Positions 9,050-16,645 of a DNA stretch of 64,000 nucleotides are shown piece after piece. Position numbers and translations under genes: made by a program. Every line of letters starts with the position of its first letter. The stretch's first letter is position 1. This DNA comes from Magnetospiraceae bacterium (GTDB lineage Bacteria > Pseudomonadota > Alphaproteobacteria > Rhodospirillales > JBMYUJ01), in the NCBI GenBank assembly GCA_049605255.1, contig JBMYUJ010000006.1:7608-71607 (forward strand). Direction: 5' to 3'. The notes below the pieces were generated by a model that searched no databases, was not told the DNA's origin, and saw only the letters and a program-made list of their open reading frames with translations.

Positions 9050-9347
9050 CGGTCTCTTCCGCTCCGGGCGTTTCCTGTTCCCGTACCTTCTCGGGTTTAA
9101 CTGTAGCTTTACCATAAGAAGCTGGACATGCGCAGCCAAGGGATTGGAAGATCAGGGAATAATCGCCTCAAGAGCGGCTTAAATACCCGATCGGACATCT
9201 CGGGTTTTACGCTAATAAAGCCGTGAAATCAGACGATTTTGCTGGCCAGGCCGCCCGAAATAGGTAACGATTTTATCAGGGCGGAAAGAAAAGATCCCTC
9301 AAACCGCCGCCGATGCCAGGTTACCAACGATCAAGGAGTAGGCCGTT

Positions 9348-9572
9348 ATGCATATGCGACTGAAGATTGATCAGCCCCTCGGGGATATGGATCGCGACGC
9401 CGATGAGTCCGCGGAATGGAAGGATCTCCCGATCCGTTACCGCATGGATCGCTATGGCGCCCTGTTCATCGAAACCTTGGATGGCGAGGAACGCAAAGCC
9501 ACCAGCGCCGAAATCCAGGCGCTGCTGACAGAGAATCCGTCGCTCATTCTGCGCCTCGCCCAGCGCTGCTGA
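9348..9572 (+). CDS. Small hypothetical protein (74 aa)
   Basis: Strong SD (AAGGAG, 9-nt spacer) before the ATG. Acidic product, no family recognised. Third codon positions are GC-rich like neighbouring genes. Confidence 0.45.
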   Translation: MHMRLKIDQPLGDMDRDADESAEWKDLPIRYRMDRYGALFIETLDGEERKATSAEIQALLTENPSLILRLAQRC

Positions 9573-9585
9573 CCGGGAAAACCGG

Positions 9586-10263
9586 TTAGCCGTCGGCAAG
9601 CCAGATCGGATCCTTCAGTTTTTTGAGGAATTCCGCATGGGTTTTTTCCTCCTGCGGGCTCGCCGCATGGGGCCGGGGCGGGCGCGATACCCGTTGCAAG
9701 CGGGTGACGCCCGCGGTTTCCTGTGTGGTCGCGGCCAGCGCCAAACCCGGTTGGCGCCCGCCGGTAAGCTCCAGATACACACTGGCCAGCAGGTCTGCAT
9801 CCAATAGCGCGCCGTGCAAGGTACGTTCGGAATTATCGATGCCAAACCGCTTGCACAGGGCATCCAGGCTGGCCCGGGCGCCGGGGAAGCGGTCGCGGGC
9901 CATGCGCACCGTATCCACCGCCTGGGATTTCGGCAGCGCCGCGAGGCCCAACCGGGCCAGTTCCGCGTTCAGGAAACCCATGTCGAAATCCGCGTTATGG
10001 ATCACCAGGGTATCGCTTTGGATGAAATCCAGGAAATCCTGGGCAACCTCCGCAAAACGGGGTTTATCGGCCAAAAATTCCTCAGACAGACCATGGACGG
10101 CCTGGGCTTCCTCCGGCATGGCCCGGTCTGGGTTCAGATATTGGTGATACACCCGCCCCGTGGGCAGGCGATTGATCAGCTCCACACAGCCGATCTCCAC
10201 CACCCGGTGACCGGCAGCGGGGTCCAACCCGGTGGTTTCCGTATCGAGGGCGATTTCCCGCAC
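9586..10263 (-). CDS. dnaQ: DNA polymerase III subunit epsilon (3'-5' proofreading exonuclease)
   Basis: Exo I ALDTETTGLD, Exo II LVIHNADFDMGFL, Exo III HGALLDADLLASVY. Start placed at a GTG (10263-10261) overlapping the TAG of the upstream small gene. The alternative track start is 10302. Confidence 0.9.
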   Translation of the reverse strand: MREIALDTETTGLDPAAGHRVVEIGCVELINRLPTGRVYHQYLNPDRAMPEEAQAVHGLSEEFLADKPRFAEVAQDFLDFIQSDTLVIHNADFDMGFLNAELARLGLAALPKSQAVDTVRMARDRFPGARASLDALCKRFGIDNSERTLHGALLDADLLASVYLELTGGRQPGLALAATTQETAGVTRLQRVSRPPRPHAASPQEEKTHAEFLKKLKDPIWLADG

Positions 10264-10508
10264 TAGTCGTCGCTTTTGTCGGACTTTTGAAATCCAGCCC
10301 AAAAGGCCTTCTGCAGTTTCTCCATGCTATCCATGCCCATGGGGAACCAGGTGCGCATCATGCTGTCTGGATCCATCAGCTTCAGGTTTTCCCGCATGCG
10401 GTGTTCCATATCGGCCATCACGGATTCCTGCATGGGGCGGACATCGGGCAGTCCTAAGAAGGTCCGGGCCTCCACCGGGGTGCATTCCACATCGATGGTA
10501 ATTTTCAC
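10263..10508 (-). CDS. Small conserved-looking protein (81 aa), possibly DUF6489-type
   Basis: GTG at 10508 preceded by AAAGGA. Product begins KITIDVECTPVEARTFLGLPDVRPMQE, which I recall as a small alphaproteobacterial family (unverified). Stop overlaps the dnaQ start. Confidence 0.55.
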   Translation of the reverse strand: MKITIDVECTPVEARTFLGLPDVRPMQESVMADMEHRMRENLKLMDPDSMMRTWFPMGMDSMEKLQKAFWAGFQKSDKSDD

Positions 10509-10594
10509 GGGGCTTATCCTTTCATTGCAACGATGGGGCAATATCCCCACGTTAGGGAAAGTAAGCGGCCTGCGCAACGACGAGTTCCCCTCCT

Positions 10595-12622
10595 ATGACC
10601 GGTAATCTCCTGCATCAGGAAACCAGCCCCTATTTGTTGCAACATAAGGATAATCCCGTGCATTGGGTGCCCTGGGGGGAAGACGCCCTGGCACGCGCCC
10701 AGGCGGAGAATAAACCGATCCTGCTTTCCGTGGGCTACGCGGCCTGCCACTGGTGCCATGTAATGGCCCATGAAAGTTTTGAGGATGGGTCAACTGCCAG
10801 TTTAATGAATGACTTATACGTCAATATTAAGGTGGATCGCGAAGAACGCCCCGATCTGGACAGCATTTATCAATCGGCCCTGGCCATGATGGGCCAGCAG
10901 GGGGGGTGGCCGCTGACCATGTTTTTGACCCCAGAGGCGAAACCGTTTTTCGGCGGCACCTATTTTCCGCCTGATGCCCGCTGGGGCCGCCCGGGCTTCA
11001 AGGATGTGCTGGTCAACGTAGCCAAGGCCTTCGTGGACCGGCCAGAGGTGATCGACCAAAACGTCTCCGCGCTGGCCGAAGGGCTGGCGGGCCTGTCGCA
11101 AACCGGCGCGGGTGCACCAGTGACCGAGGTGTTGATCAAGCAAACCGCCGCGCTCACGGCGCGGATCGTGGATATGGACCATGGCGGCACCCAAGGGGCG
11201 CCCAAGTTCCCGCAGCCGTCGTTCTTCGATTTCATGTGGCGCGGCTACAAGGCGGGCGGCGATGCCGCCTTGCGCGAGGGGGTGATCCTCACCTTGGATA
11301 AAATCTGCCAGGGCGGGATCTATGATCATATCGGCGGCGGTTTCGCCCGCTATTCCACCGATGATGTCTGGCTGGTCCCCCATTTCGAAAAAATGCTGTA
11401 CGACAACGCCCAGTTGGTCGGCCTGATGACCCAGGTCTGGCGTGAGACGGGATCGGCGCTGTATGCCACCCGAATCGCTGAAACCGTCGACTGGCTGGAC
11501 CGGGACATGTGGGTGCCCACCCCTAACGGAGACGGCGGCGCCTATGCCGCCGCCCTGGATGCGGATAGCGAAGGGGTGGAAGGGAAATTTTACGTCTGGT
11601 CCGAAGCCGAAGTGGAAGCGATCCTCGGCGACGACGCGGTCATGTTCAATAGCGTCTACAACATCTCCCATTGCGGCAATTGGGAAGGCCAGAACATCCC
11701 CCATCGGTCGCAGTCGCGGGTATTGGGCGGCGCAGAAACCGAGGCGGCCCTGAAAATCGCACGGGAAAAGCTGCTGGCAGAACGGGTCAAGCGCATTCCA
11801 CCCCAACGGGATGATAAGGTCTTGGCGGATTGGAACGCCATGATGGCCACCTCCCTTGCGGAGGCGGGGGCCGCTTTCGATCGGCCCGCATGGATCGCCA
11901 AGGCGGCAACCCTGTTGCGTTTCATTGAAAACCAAATGGTTGTGGATGGAAACTGGCAGCATAGCTGGGCGGCAGGGCGCGCCAAGCACCGGGCCTTGCT
12001 GGATGACCATGCGCATTTCGCCCGCGCCGCCCTGGCGCTGTTCGAGGCGACCGGCAACGGCGCGTATCTGACCAAAGCGCGGGATCATGTGGCCCTGGCC
12101 GACCAAAAATTCTGGGATGGGGATCAGGGCGGCTATTTCCAGGCGCCCCATGACGCCACCGATCTGATCGCCCGCAACAAGCCAACCATGGATGGAGCGC
12201 AGCCTTCCGGCAATGCCACCATGGCCCGGGTGTTGGCCCGGCTGGGGCATCTGACCGGGGAAGCCGGTTTCCTGGACCGGGCGGAAAAACTGATCGGCCT
12301 GTTCGCCGATGCCAAACCGGAACGGGCGCTCAACATGCCCGCCTTGCTGAGCGCGTACTATCTGTTGGCCCGCCCGGTGCAGGTGATGCTGGTGGGGGAA
12401 GCGGAGGACCCGGCGTTACAAGCGATGCGCCGCGCCGTTTTTCAGGCGCCTGCCCCCAACCGGGTTTTGCTCAGTCTCACCCCCGGGGTCTCGGTGCCGG
12501 ACGGGCACCCGGCAACGGGCAAGGGCATGGTGGACGGCAAACCGACCGCCTATGTCTGCCAGGATTTCGCCTGCGGCCTGCCGATCACCGACGCGGAAGC
12601 CTTGAGGGACGCGCTCGCCTGA
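10595..12622 (+). CDS. Thioredoxin-domain protein of the YyaL/DUF255 type with alpha/alpha-toroid C-terminal domain
   Basis: 675 aa. N-terminus [22 protein letters not shown]...[18 protein letters not shown] is the DUF255 thioredoxin-like signature. The long helical C-terminal part follows. Confidence 0.85.
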   Translation: MTGNLLHQETSPYLLQHKDNPVHWVPWGEDALARAQAENKPILLSVGYAACHWCHVMAHESFEDGSTASLMNDLYVNIKVDREERPDLDSIYQSALAMMGQQGGWPLTMFLTPEAKPFFGGTYFPPDARWGRPGFKDVLVNVAKAFVDRPEVIDQNVSALAEGLAGLSQTGAGAPVTEVLIKQTAALTARIVDMDHGGTQGAPKFPQPSFFDFMWRGYKAGGDAALREGVILTLDKICQGGIYDHIGGGFARYSTDDVWLVPHFEKMLYDNAQLVGLMTQVWRETGSALYATRIAETVDWLDRDMWVPTPNGDGGAYAAALDADSEGVEGKFYVWSEAEVEAILGDDAVMFNSVYNISHCGNWEGQNIPHRSQSRVLGGAETEAALKIAREKLLAERVKRIPPQRDDKVLADWNAMMATSLAEAGAAFDRPAWIAKAATLLRFIENQMVVDGNWQHSWAAGRAKHRALLDDHAHFARAALALFEATGNGAYLTKARDHVALADQKFWDGDQGGYFQAPHDATDLIARNKPTMDGAQPSGNATMARVLARLGHLTGEAGFLDRAEKLIGLFADAKPERALNMPALLSAYYLLARPVQVMLVGEAEDPALQAMRRAVFQAPAPNRVLLSLTPGVSVPDGHPATGKGMVDGKPTAYVCQDFACGLPITDAEALRDALA

Positions 12623-12637
12623 CGTAGTGTCGCGGCC

Positions 12638-13087
12638 ATGGACTATATCTGCCTCGACGGGCCCTTCGGCTATCTGACGGTTTTCGCGGAAAACGACCAG
12701 ATCACGGTGTTGGAGTTCGGCCGTGCGCCCGATCCGGTGGAAACGCCGCTGCTACGCACGGCGCGGGATCAATTGGCCGCCTATTTGCAGGGAAAATTGA
12801 CAAATTTCGATCTGCCGCTCGCGCCTGCGGGCACCCCCTTTCAACAACGGGTGTGGGACGCGATGCGTCGTATTCCGTTTGGCGCTACGCGCCGCTATGG
12901 TGATCTCGCCCAAGAGCTCAACTCTGCCGCGCGGGCGGTGGGGGGCGCTTGTGGGGCTAATCCGATCCCGATTCTGATCCCCTGCCATCGGGTTTTGGCG
13001 GCGGGGGGGCGGCTCGGTGGTTATTCAGGGGGCGACGGGCTGCCCACAAAAGCGGCCCTGTTACGTTTGGAAGGACTTTCGATATGA
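12638..13087 (+). CDS. ogt: Methylated-DNA--protein-cysteine methyltransferase
   Basis: Active-site PCHRV motif (IPILIPCHRVLAAGG) and the YGDLA helix-turn-wing region. 149 aa. Confidence 0.85.
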   Translation: MDYICLDGPFGYLTVFAENDQITVLEFGRAPDPVETPLLRTARDQLAAYLQGKLTNFDLPLAPAGTPFQQRVWDAMRRIPFGATRRYGDLAQELNSAARAVGGACGANPIPILIPCHRVLAAGGRLGGYSGGDGLPTKAALLRLEGLSI

Positions 13088-14061
13088 CAATGGCAATCCG
13101 CATTCACGAACCTGGTGGCCCAGAAAAAATGGTGTGGGAAGCGGTAGACGTACCCGACCCCGGCCCCAGAGACGTTCGGCTGCGGCAGACCGCTGTAGGC
13201 CTCAATTTCATCGACGTTTATATGCGCTCCGGCCTGTATCCGCTGTCCAGCATGCCCGTGGTTTTGGGCCTGGAAGCCGCCGGCGTGGTGGAAGCGATCG
13301 GAGAGGGTGTAACCGATCTCGCCGTGGGCGACAGGGTGGCCTATGCAGGCGGCCCACCGGGCGCCTATGCGGAAAGCCGGATATTGGTCGCCAAGGAATG
13401 TGTGAGACTCCCCGATGCCATCAGTGACGAACAAGGCGCCGCCATGATGCTGCAGGGCATGACCGCGGCCGCGTTGTTGCGGCGGACCTTTGCGGTAAAA
13501 CCTGGCGATACCATCTTGATGCATGCCGCCGCCGGGGGCGTGGGCCTGATCGTCTGCCAATGGGCCAAAGCCCTGGGCGCGACGGTGATCGGCACCGTCG
13601 GCAGCGATGAAAAAGCCGCTTTGGCCCAGGCCCATGGCTGCGACCATACCATCGTTTACACCCGGGAAAATTTCACCGAACGCACGAGAGAGCTGACTGG
13701 CGGCCGGGGCGTGGATGTGGTTTATGATTCCATCGGCCAGGATACTTTTTTTGGTTCCCTGGATAGCCTGCGGCGGCTCGGCACCATGGTCACCTTCGGC
13801 AATGCGTCCGGCCCGGTGAAGCCGTTTGCACCGTTGGAACTGACCAAGCGGGGATCCTTGACCCTGGTACGGCCGACTCTCTTCCATTACACGACGACGC
13901 GGGAAGAGCTGCTGGGCCTTGCCACTGAATTGTTCGATATGGTGCTGGCTGGCAAGCTAAAGATCGAGGTCAACCAGCGTTATCCCCTCGCCGAGGCGGC
14001 CTTGGCCCATCAAGATCTTGAAGGCCGTAAAACCACCGGCAGCACCGTTCTGACTGTATAG
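13084..14061 (+). CDS. qor: NADPH:quinone oxidoreductase (zeta-crystallin-like MDR family)
   Basis: 325 aa. GLNFIDVY, the cofactor motif AAAGGVG, and an overall medium-chain dehydrogenase layout. ATGA overlap with ogt. Confidence 0.85.
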   Translation: MTMAIRIHEPGGPEKMVWEAVDVPDPGPRDVRLRQTAVGLNFIDVYMRSGLYPLSSMPVVLGLEAAGVVEAIGEGVTDLAVGDRVAYAGGPPGAYAESRILVAKECVRLPDAISDEQGAAMMLQGMTAAALLRRTFAVKPGDTILMHAAAGGVGLIVCQWAKALGATVIGTVGSDEKAALAQAHGCDHTIVYTRENFTERTRELTGGRGVDVVYDSIGQDTFFGSLDSLRRLGTMVTFGNASGPVKPFAPLELTKRGSLTLVRPTLFHYTTTREELLGLATELFDMVLAGKLKIEVNQRYPLAEAALAHQDLEGRKTTGSTVLTV

Positions 14062-14073
14062 GGGCGCCGAATA

Positions 14074-14913
14074 ATGTTGCGACATGCTGTATTGGGTCTG
14101 TTGATTGCTGCTTTCGTGTCGGGTACCGCCGCGGCGCAGGAACAGCCGAAATCCTTTTGGGTGCCGACGCTGACCGCCGCCGGGAAAAAGGATTTTGCCC
14201 GCTATAAAACGGCGAAGGGGCCGAAAGCCTTCGCCATTGATCCGGATGGCAATCATGGGATGAAGGTGGCTGGGTTCAGCCTGGGCAAAGCCGCCGAGGA
14301 GGCCTTGGCGGCCTGTGCGGAAACCTCCCAATCGCCGGAATATTGCACCTTGTTCGCGGCCAACGACGATTATGTGTTTCATCCGGCCAATTGGCCACCA
14401 GAAGCCGGAAAACCCGGTTGGCGGGATGGTCGGCGTGCCCCGGAAGGCACGGAAGTCGGCGCCCGCTTCCCCGATCTCCTCTACCGCACCGACAGGGGCC
14501 GGGAAGAAACCATCGATAGCCTGCGGGGCAAGGTCGCGGTTGTGATTTTTTGGAACTCCCGATCCGGCGCCAGCCGGAGCAGCCTGGGAGATTTACAGCG
14601 GTTGGCCAATGCGCTGGACCGGGATGCCGACCGTTACGCCTTTATTGCCTTGCAGATCGGAGAGGATTTCAAAACCTCGGCAACCTGGGCAAAACAGGCG
14701 GGAATCCGGTTGCCCCTGGGCGATACCGGGGGCGACAAAGATGAACCCACCGTGGAATATTCCGATGGTGCGGTTCTGCCCGCCAGCTCGATTGTGGAAA
14801 CCATCCCCAGCGCCTTTGTGCTCGATACCAAAGGGCGCGTCGCTAAATCCTATACGGGTGCCACGCGGTGGGTCGGCGAACGGCGGTTCCTGGAACAACT
14901 GGCCGACCAATAA
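14074..14913 (+). CDS. Secreted two-domain protein: DUF4189-like N-terminus plus TlpA/ResA-like thioredoxin fold lacking the CXXC cysteines
   Basis: Signal peptide (LLIAAFVSGTAAAQE). The N-domain pattern AFAIDPDGNHGMKVAGFSLGKAAEEALAAC...C is DUF4189-like. The C-domain GKVAVVIFWNSRSGASRSSL aligns to FWATWCGPCR with both Cys replaced by Ser. Confidence 0.6.
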   Translation: MLRHAVLGLLIAAFVSGTAAAQEQPKSFWVPTLTAAGKKDFARYKTAKGPKAFAIDPDGNHGMKVAGFSLGKAAEEALAACAETSQSPEYCTLFAANDDYVFHPANWPPEAGKPGWRDGRRAPEGTEVGARFPDLLYRTDRGREETIDSLRGKVAVVIFWNSRSGASRSSLGDLQRLANALDRDADRYAFIALQIGEDFKTSATWAKQAGIRLPLGDTGGDKDEPTVEYSDGAVLPASSIVETIPSAFVLDTKGRVAKSYTGATRWVGERRFLEQLADQ

Positions 14914-14944
14914 TCCGGTTTGTCGGCCAGCGGCGCGCTCCAAT

Positions 14945-14977
14945 AAAAACCGCCCCCCGGGAAGGGAGGCGGTTTTC
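14945..14977. terminator. Bidirectional rho-independent terminator
   Basis: 9-bp perfect stem AAAACCGCC/GGCGGTTTT (14946-14954 / 14968-14976) with a 13-nt loop. The T-run is on the + strand (GGCGGTTTTC), and the A-run upstream gives TTTTT on the - strand. Sits between convergent genes ending at 14913 and 15024. Confidence 0.6.
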
Positions 14978-15023
14978 GGGCAAGGATCTTTCCGTCGATA
15001 AGGGGAATTTCCCTGGGTGACGT

Positions 15024-15521
15024 TTAGTCCCGGCGTTTGCCGTGATCGTCGTCGTCATCGTCGCCAAACCAATGGCCGCGCTTTCCTTTACGGAAATCGT
15101 CGCGGTCGATATCGCCATCATCGTCCCGGTCGAGGCGGCTGACCACCTGGCTGGCCCGGTCGCTGAATTCGGCCTGGGTCACCTGGCCGTCGCCATCTGC
15201 ATCCAGCCGTTGGAACCCGTCCACCATGCGTTCGCGCATTTGCGCAAGCCAATAGGTTTGGAACTCGTCCAGGCTGACGCCACCGCTCTTGTCGGTGTCG
15301 GTTTTGGTAAAATTTTCCGCTTGCACCGCGTCGATCTCCGCTTGGGTGATTTTGCCGTCCTTATTGACGTCAAACCGCTCCATCAGCGGCATGCCGCGGC
15401 CGCCGGGGCCGCCTTCGCCATGATGGCCCTTGGGGGAAGCAACAGCTTGAGTGGCAAGAGCGGTCGCGCCCAACAAGGTCACGGCAACAGCGGATAACAG
15501 AAGGGTCTTTCCTTTGGTCAT
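15024..15521 (-). CDS. Secreted EF-hand calcium-binding protein (four EF loops)
   Basis: Signal peptide (LLLSAVAVTLLGATALATQAVA). Loops are DVNKDGKITQAE, DTDKSGGVSLDE, DADGDGQVTQAE and DRDDDGDIDRDD. Poly-Asp tail. ATG at 15521 is preceded by GGAGA. Confidence 0.8.
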   Translation of the reverse strand: MTKGKTLLLSAVAVTLLGATALATQAVASPKGHHGEGGPGGRGMPLMERFDVNKDGKITQAEIDAVQAENFTKTDTDKSGGVSLDEFQTYWLAQMRERMVDGFQRLDADGDGQVTQAEFSDRASQVVSRLDRDDDGDIDRDDFRKGKRGHWFGDDDDDDHGKRRD

Positions 15522-15796
15522 GATGATTCTCCGGTTATTTGGTATCATTCGATGACCATACAGATGGGGTATTTTTGTCACCCGTTGATTGCAGATATCA
15601 CCGAAAATTGTCACGGAGTTTTACATAAACCGAAAGGGTTACAATGCGTTACAAAATGACCTTAAAGGAAAAAAACCTTCGATGATTTGTGGTTTGGTTC
15701 ACATACTCCGCAAATTCGACTACATTATTATGCAGATGTACGGATGAACAGGGTCGGTGAAGACACCGATCCGGCGTAACCAGGAGAAGCCAATCA

Positions 15797-16606
15797 ATGC
15801 CGAAACGGATGCGTTTGTCGATGACTGTTGCTGGGGTTTTGGTTGCCAGCACCGCCCTCACGGGATGTGTGCAAGAACAACAACCCACCATCGCCCATAC
15901 CCATATCGGCCATGCCTTGACCGGGTGGGTGGATACACCCGACAAGCGCGGCCTGCTGTTGATTGCCGAAGAAGAAGCGGCCATTGGCGCAGACCACGCG
16001 GGCTTTGCCATCGAAGCGGCGGCCACTCCTGAACTGATGCGCGAACATGTGGGCCATGTCCTACATGCCTATACGGCGGAAAACGATAATCTAACCGAAA
16101 CGCCGGGGCTTGGTTACGGCACCTGCAAGGCGCTGATTCGCGGCCTCGATCATATGCGGTTTGCGGCGGAATCGCCGGATGTGACGCAAAACGCCCGCGA
16201 TGGCATCAAAGATATCGATGCCAAGGCGAAGACCGTTGTGGATCGTTGTAATACGATCGTGGCCCTCGCCCATGAAATCCGCCGCAACCCCAATGATGAA
16301 GAAGCGCTGGTTCTGACCGATGAACTGGCCAAATTGACAGAACAGGTGCTTGTCGGTGTCGATGCCAATCGCAATGGCACCATCGAAAACAGCGCCAAGG
16401 AATATGGCATCCGCGGCATCCTCGCGGATATCAACGCCATGACGGCCCGGGAAAACCCGCCCTACGCACCGGTGGCGGAACGCTGGCTCTTCGGATTGAT
16501 CCGGCTGCCCGATGGCACATGGCAGTTCAAAACACAAACCGCTTCGGGCTTCGATCCTACCGGTGCTGGTAGCGGCGGTGGAGGCGGCGGCGGCGGCGGC
16601 TACTGA
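15797..16606 (+). CDS. Lipoprotein of unknown function with His-rich helices, an EF-like loop and a poly-Gly tail
   Basis: AGGAGA SD. Lipobox LTGC after a hydrophobic leader. Repeated H-containing motifs (HTHIGHA, HVGHVLHA). Loop DANRNGTIE. C-terminus GSGGGGGGGGGY. Confidence 0.6.
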   Translation: MPKRMRLSMTVAGVLVASTALTGCVQEQQPTIAHTHIGHALTGWVDTPDKRGLLLIAEEEAAIGADHAGFAIEAAATPELMREHVGHVLHAYTAENDNLTETPGLGYGTCKALIRGLDHMRFAAESPDVTQNARDGIKDIDAKAKTVVDRCNTIVALAHEIRRNPNDEEALVLTDELAKLTEQVLVGVDANRNGTIENSAKEYGIRGILADINAMTARENPPYAPVAERWLFGLIRLPDGTWQFKTQTASGFDPTGAGSGGGGGGGGGY

Positions 16607-16645
16607 CGCCCGCGCCCCTTTTAGGGATTCGCCCTTAACCGGCGG

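Noticed and set aside
9140-9347. 208-bp relatively AT-rich spacer upstream of the cyclase, with small hairpins (CCCGA...TCGGG-TTTT at ~9199-9221), considered as a possible sRNA
   Set aside because: The stems are only 5-6 bp, and no promoter-like element or conserved structure can be argued from a single sequence. It is more simply the promoter region of the cyclase operon and the small + strand ORF.
10814-12250. 478-aa ORF on the - strand
   Set aside because: It is antisense to the DUF255 thioredoxin-domain gene. The same reasoning applies to 58369-59832 (+, antisense to the FtsX permease), 54603-55961 (+), 5198-6271 (-), 21416-22510 (+), 52002-53153 (+), 50080-51156 (+) and 38716-39690 (-).
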